Origin: Halobacteriaceae archaeon
Lineage (GTDB): Archaea > Halobacteriota > Halobacteria > Halobacteriales > Halobacteriaceae
Reading direction: 5' to 3'
Assembly (NCBI GenBank): GCA_042216675.1
Contig: JBDGTS010000009.1
Span: forward strand, 1 to 64,000
DNA length: 64,000 nt
Position 1 is the stretch's first letter. Each line of letters opens with the position of its first letter. This document shows positions 15,441-24,462 of this stretch, in pieces. A model generated the notes under the pieces. The model was given only the letters and a program-made list of their open reading frames with translations. It did no database searches and was not told where the DNA came from. Both the position numbers and the translations under genes were made by a program.

Positions 15441-16604
15441 ATGACTGACCCACCGACGCAGGGCGCGCGTGCCGGGCGCAACTGGCCGGCCGAGGACGAT
15501 ACCTACCGCGACCCGACGACTGGCGCTCGGGTCCACCGGCTGACGGGCTATCCAAACGCCGGCGACCATCACCTGTACTTCACGAAGCGTGGCTGGTACG
15601 ACGGGGGCCGTCGCCTGCTGGTGCGCCTGAACCGGACCGACACCGCGGGCCGCCAACTGTTCTCCATCGACCTCGAATCCGGCCTCCTCACGCAGGTGAC
15701 GGACCTCGATGGATTCGGGGGAACGTCTCTCTTTCCGGCCGAGAACGTCCTCTACGGGTGGGTCGGGGACGCCATCGTCAGATTCGACCTCGACACCTTC
15801 ACCGTCGAGGAGGTGCTGTACGAGGTGCCCGACGGGTACACCAAGGGAACGTTCGACGTTGGTGCTGACCAAGAGCGCCTGTTCGTCTCGATGCACACGC
15901 CCGTCGAGGTCCCCGGCGAGGACTCCCATCTCGTGGAGATGATGGAGGCGAAACCGCCGACGCGCATCGTCGAAGTCTCACTCGACACCGGCGACGAGCG
16001 GGTGCTTCTCGAAGAGGACGGGTGGCTCAGCACGCACATGGACGCCTCGCCCACCCGCCCGGGCCTCATCATGTACCCGTATCAGGGGCCGTGGGGAGAG
16101 TTCGAGGACAAGGTCTGGGTCCACGACGTGGACGCCGACGAGCGATACAGCGTCCGGTCGACGCCGGGAGAGGGCGGCATCGGCCACCAGCACTGGCTCG
16201 CCGGCGGCGAACGCGTCGGCTACCACGGGTGGGACGGGACGCGAGGCGACCCGGACTGCTTCTACGGCCACGCGCGCTACGACGGGTCAGAGACCGTCGA
16301 AACGTCGATTCCGGTGCGACAGACCCACTGCCACACGAACGCGCCGGACCTGTTCGTCTGTGACGGCAGTACCGAGGTGCCGTGGCTCCTCCTCTACCGC
16401 TGGGACGCCGACGCGGAGGCGTACGTGGGGCCGCGCAAACTCGCCACCCACGACTGGGGCGCGGACAGCCCACACCCCCACGCTCGCCTGTCGCCGGACG
16501 GGTCGCAGGTCCTCTTCGATTCGGACCGGTACGAGGGGTCGAGCGACGTGTATCTGGTCGACGTGCCCGCCTTCGAGTCGCTTCCGCGCTACGACCCGGC
16601 CTGA
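15441..16604 (+). CDS. Oligogalacturonate lyase (PL22)-like beta-propeller
   Basis: TYRDPTTGARVHRLT, HLYF, GHQHW and HPHARLSPDG..VLFDSD resemble the Ogl family. Confidence 0.72.
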   Translation: MTDPPTQGARAGRNWPAEDDTYRDPTTGARVHRLTGYPNAGDHHLYFTKRGWYDGGRRLLVRLNRTDTAGRQLFSIDLESGLLTQVTDLDGFGGTSLFPAENVLYGWVGDAIVRFDLDTFTVEEVLYEVPDGYTKGTFDVGADQERLFVSMHTPVEVPGEDSHLVEMMEAKPPTRIVEVSLDTGDERVLLEEDGWLSTHMDASPTRPGLIMYPYQGPWGEFEDKVWVHDVDADERYSVRSTPGEGGIGHQHWLAGGERVGYHGWDGTRGDPDCFYGHARYDGSETVETSIPVRQTHCHTNAPDLFVCDGSTEVPWLLLYRWDADAEAYVGPRKLATHDWGADSPHPHARLSPDGSQVLFDSDRYEGSSDVYLVDVPAFESLPRYDPA

Positions 16605-16608
16605 CGGA

Positions 16609-17304
16609 TCAGTCGAGCGACTCCACTCGGTCGACGGTCAGGTCGGCGTACTCGCCGACGAACGGCGCCATCTGCCGGAATCCGATTTTGCCGCCGCCGA
16701 GGGGCGGGCCGCCGAGGTCGTCGTCGTGCCAGTCGAACACCTTCAGGTCGTCCACGTAGAAGGCGACGTCTCGTCCGGATTTGACGACGGTGATGGGGTA
16801 CGGCGGGTTCGCGTCCCGAACGTTCGGAATCGGGTCACCGCCGCGGGCCGCGAGGTGGAAGCCGTGGCTCTTGCGGAGGTTGACGGTCTGGAACTCGTTT
16901 TCGGCCCACGGCTCGCCGTGGTGGTTCCGCCGGTAGTAGGAGGCGTGCAGGGCGTCGATGTCGCCGGAGTGGTACTCGGGGTAGTCGCCGGCCCGGTCCG
17001 CGAGCGACGGGTCGTGGACGTCCTCGCCGTTCTGGCCCGTGGCCGCGAAAAACAGCATACACAGGCCCGGTTCCGCGACCGGCCAGAAGTCCCACGAGAT
17101 GGCGATGTCGTCCGGGAACTCCTCGGGACACCAGTTGACGAAGTGCGGCACGTCCACTTCGTCAGGGCCGTACCGGCTCTCCATTCGCATCCTGCCGCGC
17201 GGGAAGGTCACAGAGGCCTCCCCCTCCATGATCCAGTCCTCCACGTCGGCGGGCGCGGACAGGGGGTTCCGGTACAAGCGCTCGGTCGTCTCGAAGTTAT
17301 CCAT
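16609..17304 (-). CDS. YesU/DUF1961-like protein
   Basis: LYRNPL...WIMEG, HFVNWCPEEFP, PGLCMLFFAA, YHSGDI.ALH.SYYRR, NLRKS.GF and GGKIGFRQMAP match B. subtilis YesU as I recall it. Confidence 0.75.
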   Translation of the reverse strand: MDNFETTERLYRNPLSAPADVEDWIMEGEASVTFPRGRMRMESRYGPDEVDVPHFVNWCPEEFPDDIAISWDFWPVAEPGLCMLFFAATGQNGEDVHDPSLADRAGDYPEYHSGDIDALHASYYRRNHHGEPWAENEFQTVNLRKSHGFHLAARGGDPIPNVRDANPPYPITVVKSGRDVAFYVDDLKVFDWHDDDLGGPPLGGGKIGFRQMAPFVGEYADLTVDRVESLD

Positions 17305-17390
17305 GGGGGTGCCATCAGAGTCGGCCCGGATATAGCCTCCGACTGGACCGAGCCGAAGACTATTTCGAGGCGGCGGGCGGCCGGTGCGGT

Positions 17391-18542
17391 ATGGCAACCA
17401 TCACTGACTACGAACTGTTCGAGGTGCCGCCGCGATGGCTGTTCCTCCGCCTCGAAACCGACGACGGCGTCGTCGGGTGGGGCGAACCCGTCGTCGAGGG
17501 GCGCGCCCACACCGTGCGGGCGGCCGTCGAGGAGATTCTGGAGACGTACCTGCTCGGCGAGGACCCCGACCGCATCGAGGACCACTGGCAGACGATGTAC
17601 CGCGGGGGCTTCTACCGCGGCGGGCCGGTCCTCATGTCGGCCATCGCCGGCATCGACCAAGCCCTGTGGGACGTCAAGGGCCAGCGCTACGGCCTGCCGG
17701 TCCACGAACTGCTCGGGGGCCGCGCCCGCGACCGGATTCGCGTCTACCAGTGGATCGGCGGGGACCGACCGAGCGACGTGGCCGCGGAGGCCCGCGAGAA
17801 GGTGGCGGCCGGCTTCACGGCGTTGAAGATGAACGCCACCGAGGAACTCCGGCGCGTCGACAACCCTGCCGCCGTCGAGGCGGCCGCCGACCGGCTCGGT
17901 GCGGTGCGCGAGGCAGTCGGCGACGAGGTGGACGTGGCGGTGGACTTCCACGGCCGCGCCTCGAAGACGATGGCCAAGCGACTCATCGACGCCCTCGAAG
18001 ACCACGACCCGTTCTTCGTGGAGGAGCCGGTGTTGCCCGAGAACAACGAACTCCTGCCCGACCTCGCGGCGCGCACCTCGACGCCCATCGCGACGGGCGA
18101 GCGGATGTTCTCCCGGTGGGACTTCACGGAGATTTTCGAAGACGGCGCCGTCGACGTCATCCAACCGGACCTCTCGCACGCCGGCGGCATCACCGAGGTG
18201 AAGAAAATCGCCGACATGGCCGAGGCCTACGACGTGGCGATGGCGCCCCACTGCCCGCTCGGCCCCATCGCGCTGGCGTCCTGCGTGCAGGTGGACGCCT
18301 GCTCCCCGAACGCGCTGATTCAGGAGCAGAGCCTCGACATCCACTACAACGAGGGCGGCGACGTGCCCGACTACCTCGCGGACCCGAGCGTCTTCGACTT
18401 CGACGACGGCTACGTCGACGTCCCCGAGGGGCCCGGCCTCGGCATCGAGGTGGACGAGGACTTCGTCCGGGCGCAGGCGGGGGACGTGGACTGGCACAAC
18501 CCGGTGTGGCGCCACGACGACGGCTCCGTCGCCGAGTGGTAG
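17391..18542 (+). CDS. dgoD: D-galactonate dehydratase (enolase superfamily)
   Basis: PPRWLFL, GWGEPVVEGRA, YRGGP, DFHGR, EEP, TGER, QPDLSHAGG, APHCPLGP, WRHDDGSVAEW. Confidence 0.9.
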   Translation: MATITDYELFEVPPRWLFLRLETDDGVVGWGEPVVEGRAHTVRAAVEEILETYLLGEDPDRIEDHWQTMYRGGFYRGGPVLMSAIAGIDQALWDVKGQRYGLPVHELLGGRARDRIRVYQWIGGDRPSDVAAEAREKVAAGFTALKMNATEELRRVDNPAAVEAAADRLGAVREAVGDEVDVAVDFHGRASKTMAKRLIDALEDHDPFFVEEPVLPENNELLPDLAARTSTPIATGERMFSRWDFTEIFEDGAVDVIQPDLSHAGGITEVKKIADMAEAYDVAMAPHCPLGPIALASCVQVDACSPNALIQEQSLDIHYNEGGDVPDYLADPSVFDFDDGYVDVPEGPGLGIEVDEDFVRAQAGDVDWHNPVWRHDDGSVAEW

Positions 18543-18581
18543 GCGCGGTTATATACGGTCGGCCCCCATCGACGCGCTCAC

Positions 18582-19592
18582 ATGACCGAGTTCGGCTGGT
18601 TCGCGTCGCTGGAGGAGTTCTCCCCCGCCGCCTGTCTGGAGCAGGTGGACCTCGCCGAGGAGGCGGGCTTCGATTCGGTGTGGGTCAACGACCACTTCCA
18701 TCCGTGGTTCGACCAGAAGGCGAACGGCGAGTCCGCGAACGGGGGGAACTGCTGGTCGTGGATGCCCGCCGCCCTCGAACGAACCGACGACATCCGGGTC
18801 GGCACCGGCGTCAGCGCTATGATAAAGCGCTACCACCCCGGGAACGTCGCCCACCAGTTGGCCACGCTCGAAGAACTGTACCCCGACCGGGTGTTCCTCG
18901 GCCTCGGGACCGGCGAAGCCCTCAACGAGCGTCCGCTCGGCATGGAGTTCCCGGAGTGGGGCGAGTGCGCCAAGCGCACCGCCGAGGGCATCCGCATCGT
19001 CCGGAAACTGTTCGAGGGGGAGTTCGTCTCCCACGACGGCCAGTTCTGGACGCTCGACGAGGCGAACCTCTACACCGGCCCCGACGAGGCGCCCCCGATT
19101 CACGTCGCCGGCAACGGCCCGACGGCGGCGCGAATGGCAGGGGACCTCGGCGACGGCTTCGTCACCGTCTTCGAACCGCCCGAACGAATCACCGGCGAAC
19201 TGTTCCCCGCCGTCGAGACGGGCGTCGAGAAGTCCGACCGCAACGAGGCCCTCGACGAGGTTCACAAGACCGTCCACGTCCACGTCTCCTACGACGCGGA
19301 GAGCGAGGAGCGAGCGCTCGAACCGTGTCTCCCGTGGCGGGGCACCCAACTCCCCGTCTTCTTCGATGCGGACGTCTCGGACCCGCGCTACATCCAGTCC
19401 CACGGCGACAAGGTGGACCCGGACGTCCTGAAAGAGCGGTTCGTCGTCACCACCGACCCCGCGGACGTGGTGCGGGAAGTCGAGCGCTACGTGGACGCGG
19501 GCCTCGACGAAATCGTCTTCCAGAGCCACAGCCCCGACCAAGCGGCGTTCGCCCGGGTCGTGGAGAACCACGTCATGCCGGCCGTCGAGTGA
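18582..19592 (+). CDS. F420-dependent LLM-class oxidoreductase (G6PDH/FGD-like)
   Basis: AEEAGFD..WVNDHFHPW, GTGV, RYHP, LGLGTGEALNE and AGDLGDG are typical of the F420 G6P-dehydrogenase-like subfamily. Confidence 0.82.
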   Translation: MTEFGWFASLEEFSPAACLEQVDLAEEAGFDSVWVNDHFHPWFDQKANGESANGGNCWSWMPAALERTDDIRVGTGVSAMIKRYHPGNVAHQLATLEELYPDRVFLGLGTGEALNERPLGMEFPEWGECAKRTAEGIRIVRKLFEGEFVSHDGQFWTLDEANLYTGPDEAPPIHVAGNGPTAARMAGDLGDGFVTVFEPPERITGELFPAVETGVEKSDRNEALDEVHKTVHVHVSYDAESEERALEPCLPWRGTQLPVFFDADVSDPRYIQSHGDKVDPDVLKERFVVTTDPADVVREVERYVDAGLDEIVFQSHSPDQAAFARVVENHVMPAVE

Positions 19593-19595
19593 GGG

Positions 19596-21302
19596 CTACA
19601 CCGAGGACCCATCCTCGCCGAGGCCGTCCGGTGCCGGGAATCGGACCGTCGCAGTCGTCCCGTCCTCGACCGTCGCGAAGTCGACGCTCCCGCCGATGGA
19701 GTCGACGCCCCACTTGACGAGCCACAGGCCGAGGCCGCTCCCGTGTTCGAGCGCCGTCTCCGTATCGGCGTCGAGAACGGCCAGTTCGTGCTCCGGAATC
19801 CCCGGCCCGGAGTCCCGCACTTCGACGGTGACGCCGCCCCCCTCGCCCCACTCGGTCACCTCGACCGTGAGTTCGGGGGCGTCGCCGGCGTGTTCGAGGG
19901 CGTTCTCCATCAGATTGCGGAAAATCTGATCGACCAACTGGTCGTCGGCGCGTACCGCCGCCGCGTCGGGCGCGTCGACGCTGATGCTGGCGTCCGGATA
20001 CGCCGCCGCGAGGTCACTTCGAATCGAGTCGAGCGTCTCCCGGACCGACACGGCGGCCGGAGCCGACCGCTCGGCGTCGATTGCCCGTTCGATGTCCCTG
20101 GCTTTCCCGCTCAGCGCGATGAGGTCGCTCGTCGTCTCCGCCGCGGTCCCCAAGAGGTCCCGAATCTCGTCGTCGTCAGTGCGCTCGGCGGCGATGTCGA
20201 CGTAGCCGTTGACCACGTTGAGGTCGTTCCGGATGTTGTGGCGCAGGACGCGATTGAGGACGGAGAGACGCTGTTTCCGCATTCGCTCGGCGGTGATGTC
20301 CTGCAGGACGATTGTCCCCCCCACCCGCCTTCCGGAGCCGTCTTCGAGGGGGGCCGTCGTGACGGCGTACACCCGCCGGCGACCCTCGACCATCCGCGAC
20401 ACCGTCTGCTCGCCGCCGGCGAGGTCGACTTCCGGAAGGACCGCGTCGAGTGCGGTGCCGAGCGCCGCGTCCGCGTCGATGTCGAGGACGCGCCCCGCCT
20501 CGGCGTTGAACTCGATGATGCGCTCGCCCTCGTCGATGATGACCACGGGCGAGCCGAGGTTGTCGATTGCGGCCCGGTCCGCGACGCGGCGCGCGGCCGG
20601 CACGAGCTCGAACATGTCCCGCGAGAAGAAGGCGTACATGTCGAAGGCGAGGTGAATCGGGAACACCAGCGGCGTCAGGTGCAGCGGCGGCGACCCATCG
20701 ACCTGAATCAGCCAGAGCAGGAACGGCAGGCCCGGGAAAATCGGCGAGATGGCGATTGCGGCGGCCTGCGTTCGGTACAGGTGGCCGTAGCTGACGACGG
20801 TGTCGACCAGCAGGAACGACGCCGTCGCGATCATGAAGACGAAGCCGCCGGCGTTCAGGAACAGCCACGGCTGGTGGGTGTAGACGACGGTGGCGACGCC
20901 GAACACCGGCTCGATGTGGTAGTTCGACCACGCGATGTGGTGGAGCGGATTCGTGACGACGATGAGCGTGTGCACCGTCTGGAGGCCGACGATGGCGTAC
21001 ATCAGCTTCGAGCGTAGGAGGTCGCTGCGCCCCGTGTACTCGAGCGCGAACGCGAGGAAGAACACCCCGATGAAGTTGATGGCGAGCCAGATGGGTATCT
21101 CGAACAGTTGCCGCAACGCGGGGTCGAAGACGAGCAACGCCGCTCCGTAGGCGAACGACCAGAGCGCCTCACAGCAGATGGTCGCGATGAAAAACCGGCC
21201 ACCCCGCTCGTGTCTGTGGGGCCACAGGAACCAGACGAAACCGAGTGACACCAGCCCCGCCGCCAGCGAACCGATGGCCAGCCACGGAGCGCCGTGAAGC
21301 AT
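19596..21302 (-). CDS. Sensor histidine kinase (N-terminal 7TM, PAS, HisKA, HATPase)
   Basis: Seven hydrophobic segments, PAS-like region, VLRHNIRNDL H-box, NLMENALEH, DSGPGIP, HGSGLGL. Confidence 0.9.
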   Translation of the reverse strand: MLHGAPWLAIGSLAAGLVSLGFVWFLWPHRHERGGRFFIATICCEALWSFAYGAALLVFDPALRQLFEIPIWLAINFIGVFFLAFALEYTGRSDLLRSKLMYAIVGLQTVHTLIVVTNPLHHIAWSNYHIEPVFGVATVVYTHQPWLFLNAGGFVFMIATASFLLVDTVVSYGHLYRTQAAAIAISPIFPGLPFLLWLIQVDGSPPLHLTPLVFPIHLAFDMYAFFSRDMFELVPAARRVADRAAIDNLGSPVVIIDEGERIIEFNAEAGRVLDIDADAALGTALDAVLPEVDLAGGEQTVSRMVEGRRRVYAVTTAPLEDGSGRRVGGTIVLQDITAERMRKQRLSVLNRVLRHNIRNDLNVVNGYVDIAAERTDDDEIRDLLGTAAETTSDLIALSGKARDIERAIDAERSAPAAVSVRETLDSIRSDLAAAYPDASISVDAPDAAAVRADDQLVDQIFRNLMENALEHAGDAPELTVEVTEWGEGGGVTVEVRDSGPGIPEHELAVLDADTETALEHGSGLGLWLVKWGVDSIGGSVDFATVEDGTTATVRFPAPDGLGEDGSSV

Positions 21303-21392
21303 ACGGCGTCCCACGATTGCGCGATGTAAAAAGGCGCGGGCAGTCCCCCGAGCGCCGAAGGTTTTTGCCGTCGCGTCTCGGAGGACCGTAGC

Positions 21393-22331
21393 ATGAGCCG
21401 CGACTGCTGTGCGCCGGGTCGTTCGGGGGACGCGCCCGCACCGCCCGGCGTGGACCGCCCCGTCACCGACGGCGACACGGAGGGGATGGTCCGCCTCGAC
21501 GGCGGCACCTTCCGGATGGGCACCGACAGCGACGTGGGATTCCCCGAGGACGGCGAGGGGCCGGCCCGCGAGGTGACCCTCGACCCGTTCTTCGTCGACC
21601 GGACGGCCGTGACGGTCCGGGAGTTCGCGCGGTTCGCCCGCGACACCGGCTACACGACGACGGCCGAGGAGTACGGCTGGTCCTACGTGTTTCAGGACTT
21701 CCTCTCGGAGAGCGACCGGCAGTACGTCGTCGGCGACGTGCCCGGCGCGTCGTGGTGGGTGGGTGTGCAGGGCGCGAACTGGCTCCACCCGGAGGGGCCG
21801 GACTCCTCCGCGAAGGACCGCCTCGACCACCCGGTCACGCACGTCTCGTGGGCCGACGCGGCGGCCTACTGCGAGTGGGCGGGCAAGCGCCTCCCCACCG
21901 AGGCGGAGTGGGAGTACGCCGCGCGCGGGTCGCTGACCGGCGCGCGCTACCCGTGGGGCGACGAACTCACACCCGACGGCGAACACCGCTGTAACATCTG
22001 GCAGGGTGACTTCCCGGAGGAGAACACGGGCGAGGACGGCTACCTCGGCACCGCGCCGGCGGACGCCTTCGAGCAGAACGACTACGGCCTCTGCAACGTC
22101 GCGGGCAACGTCTGGAACTGGGTCGGGGACTGGTTCAGCGCGGACCACCACGTCGACGGCCCACGGGAGAACCCCACCGGCCCGGACGACGGCGACGAGC
22201 GAGTGATGCGCGGCGGGTCGTATCTCTGCCATCGCTCCTACTGCAACCGGTATCGCGTCGCGGCACGCACGGGCAACACCCCCGAGAGCACCACCGGCCA
22301 TCTGGGCTTCCGGTGTGTCCGCGACGTCTGA
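21393..22331 (+). CDS. Formylglycine-generating enzyme (FGE/SUMF1)
   Basis: [34 protein letters not shown], and [20 protein letters not shown] with both catalytic Cys. Confidence 0.92.
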   Translation: MSRDCCAPGRSGDAPAPPGVDRPVTDGDTEGMVRLDGGTFRMGTDSDVGFPEDGEGPAREVTLDPFFVDRTAVTVREFARFARDTGYTTTAEEYGWSYVFQDFLSESDRQYVVGDVPGASWWVGVQGANWLHPEGPDSSAKDRLDHPVTHVSWADAAAYCEWAGKRLPTEAEWEYAARGSLTGARYPWGDELTPDGEHRCNIWQGDFPEENTGEDGYLGTAPADAFEQNDYGLCNVAGNVWNWVGDWFSADHHVDGPRENPTGPDDGDERVMRGGSYLCHRSYCNRYRVAARTGNTPESTTGHLGFRCVRDV

Positions 22332-22391
22332 CCCTCCTTTGGAGGCGTGTCAGGACAAAGTTATTATGTGTTGGGAGGATGAACGAGCCCT

Positions 22392-23036
22392 ATGGCTCGC
22401 GAGGGGGAGCGCGACGGGGCGGCGGCTTTCGACAGCGCCCTCGCCGCCTTGGGGGAGTCCGGGGGCGCGTTTCTGGTCTGTGGCGACGTGCCGTCGAGCG
22501 TCCACGAACAGGCGTGCGAGCGGTGGCTGGGCGCGAACGACCGTCAGCGACTCGTCGTCCGCACCGAGGGTACCCGCGCCGCGACGGCGACTGCGACGGA
22601 GACGGTGACGTACGAGACGGCGCTCAGGTCCGCCGCGGCCGGGACTGCGGCCGGCGCCGAGACGACGGTCACGTCGCTCTCTGACCTCGGAACGACGCTC
22701 GTCGACGCCATCGGCCGACTCGAAGCGCGGGCGCGGGAACCGGGTGACATCCGCGTCTGCGTCGAAGCGGTCGACCCCCTCCGCTACGACCACGACGACG
22801 AGACGGTCTTTCGGTTCCTGCATCTCCTCGTGAACCGCGTCCGGGCCGCCGACGCGCTCGCGCACGTCCACCTCGCGGCGGCGCACGAGGCGGAGGTGAC
22901 GCGCACGTTCGCCAGTCTCTTCGACGGCACCGTGGCGCTTCGCACGGCGGGCGGCGTCGCACAGGAACAGTGGCACCTGTCGGACGACGACATCACGACG
23001 GAGTGGCTCCCGGTGGCCGACCGGGGGGAGCGCTGA
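22392..23036 (+). CDS. Haloarchaeal degenerate RecA/KaiC-like protein (DUF7504-like)
   Basis: SLSDLG, RVCVEAVDPL, VFRFLHLL, HVHL, SLFDG. No intact Walker A. Confidence 0.6.
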   Translation: MAREGERDGAAAFDSALAALGESGGAFLVCGDVPSSVHEQACERWLGANDRQRLVVRTEGTRAATATATETVTYETALRSAAAGTAAGAETTVTSLSDLGTTLVDAIGRLEARAREPGDIRVCVEAVDPLRYDHDDETVFRFLHLLVNRVRAADALAHVHLAAAHEAEVTRTFASLFDGTVALRTAGGVAQEQWHLSDDDITTEWLPVADRGER

Positions 23037-23037
23037 C

Positions 23038-24417
23038 TCAGACTTCGTACTCGGACTCGCGCAGCTGCACGTACTTCCCCTTCCGGTAGCGGAACTTCGC
23101 GCGCTTGTAGGCGGCGTACAGCTTGAGGCCGCCGGAGGCGCTACTGGCGGTGCGCCGCGACAGCGACCAGCCAACGTCGTTCGCGTTCTGCATCTGCCGG
23201 GTGATGCGGAACGTCCGGTCCCAGTCGGCGGGTTCGAACTCCGCCACCACGTCCGCGATGGCGACGTTGCGCAGAATCTCGTCGCCGATGGCGTCTCTCC
23301 ACTCGGCGTTGTAGCCGTCGAGCGTGCCCTCTGCCGCGCGTCGGCCCGCGATTTTGCCCGTTCGGACCGCGACGTGTGTCCCGCCCTCGTGGAACGCCGA
23401 GGTGGCGCCCATCGCGCCGCCCACGACGGCGAGATCTGCGTCCGTCGGCGAGTCGATGGGGCGCGTCGAGGAGATGGGGTACGTCTCGGTACCCTTGCTC
23501 TTGCCGCGCGTCTCCACGCGGGGGAAGTCTTCCGCCACGTCGTACTCGTCGCCGTACAGTTCGTCGAGGAGGCGGCGCACGTACTCGGCGCCGCTCGGGA
23601 TTCGGTCGTCGTCCTCGCGGAGCAGACGGTACTCCTCGGGGTTGTCCACGTCGTCGAGGTCCATCCCGATGGGCATCGTGAGGCCGACGCGGGCCACCGT
23701 GCCGTCGTTCGGGAACACCCACGGGTACGCCGTCTCGCCGGGCATCCAGCCCCACCAGAAGGAGATGCGGTCGTCCTCGAACAGTTCCTCGGGGAAGCGA
23801 CGATACTCCTGATACGCGATGTGGTTCGTCTCCGGCGGGGCGAGGCGGACGGACGCCGACTCGTCGTCGGGGAGGAACTGGTCGAGGGTCGGCATCGTCA
23901 CCTGCCGTTGCGGACCGTCGGCGAGGACGAGGGCGTCTGCCGCGACCTCGTGGCCGTCGTTGAGCGTGAGGCGGTGGCGATAGCCGTCGTCCCCGGCGAT
24001 GGAAGTCACGTCACGGACGCCGGTGCCGACGCGGTAGTCCGCGCCGGCGTCTTCGGCCTCGCGGCGGAGCCAGTCGTCCAGACGAGTCCGGTCGTAGCAG
24101 AAACCGAAGCCATCGTAAGTGGCGTCGATGCCGGTGCTCTGGAGGAAGACGTCCTCCGAAGGCCCGAGGAACGCCGCGCCGTCGAGTTCCTGTAGAATGA
24201 CCTCCTCGGGGACGTCCGCCGGGTCCTCCTCCATCAGGTCGAGCCAGTAGTCGAGCATGCCAGCGGCGTCCGTCGAGTCGGGGCCGGGCACGTCGCGGTC
24301 CTCGCGGGGCACTCCCTTCTCGAAGACGACCGCATCGGCGCCGGCCGACGCGGCGGTCCGCGCGGCCGACGACCCGCCGGGGCCGCCGCCAACGATAGCA
24401 ACGTCAACGCGCTCCAT
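23038..24417 (-). CDS. FAD-dependent oxidoreductase, geranylgeranyl-reductase/FixC-like
   Basis: VAIVGGGPGG Rossmann motif, ADG, YPWVFP, VVGGAMG. Confidence 0.8.
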   Translation of the reverse strand: MERVDVAIVGGGPGGSSAARTAASAGADAVVFEKGVPREDRDVPGPDSTDAAGMLDYWLDLMEEDPADVPEEVILQELDGAAFLGPSEDVFLQSTGIDATYDGFGFCYDRTRLDDWLRREAEDAGADYRVGTGVRDVTSIAGDDGYRHRLTLNDGHEVAADALVLADGPQRQVTMPTLDQFLPDDESASVRLAPPETNHIAYQEYRRFPEELFEDDRISFWWGWMPGETAYPWVFPNDGTVARVGLTMPIGMDLDDVDNPEEYRLLREDDDRIPSGAEYVRRLLDELYGDEYDVAEDFPRVETRGKSKGTETYPISSTRPIDSPTDADLAVVGGAMGATSAFHEGGTHVAVRTGKIAGRRAAEGTLDGYNAEWRDAIGDEILRNVAIADVVAEFEPADWDRTFRITRQMQNANDVGWSLSRRTASSASGGLKLYAAYKRAKFRYRKGKYVQLRESEYEV

Positions 24418-24462
24418 ACCCCCTGCAATTCAGTGCAGGACTAAAACTCTCGGCATCCCGAC

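Noticed and set aside
19596-22301. 901-aa histidine kinase, and the similar 945-aa (60467-63304) and 1011-aa (31147-34182) fusions
   Set aside because: These are ORF-track over-extensions through antisense frames of neighbouring genes. The real starts are 21302, 61543 and 31897.
15377-22391. Accessory block as an integrative mobile element
   Set aside because: No integrase, transposase, tRNA target, flanking direct repeats or obvious GC shift is visible.
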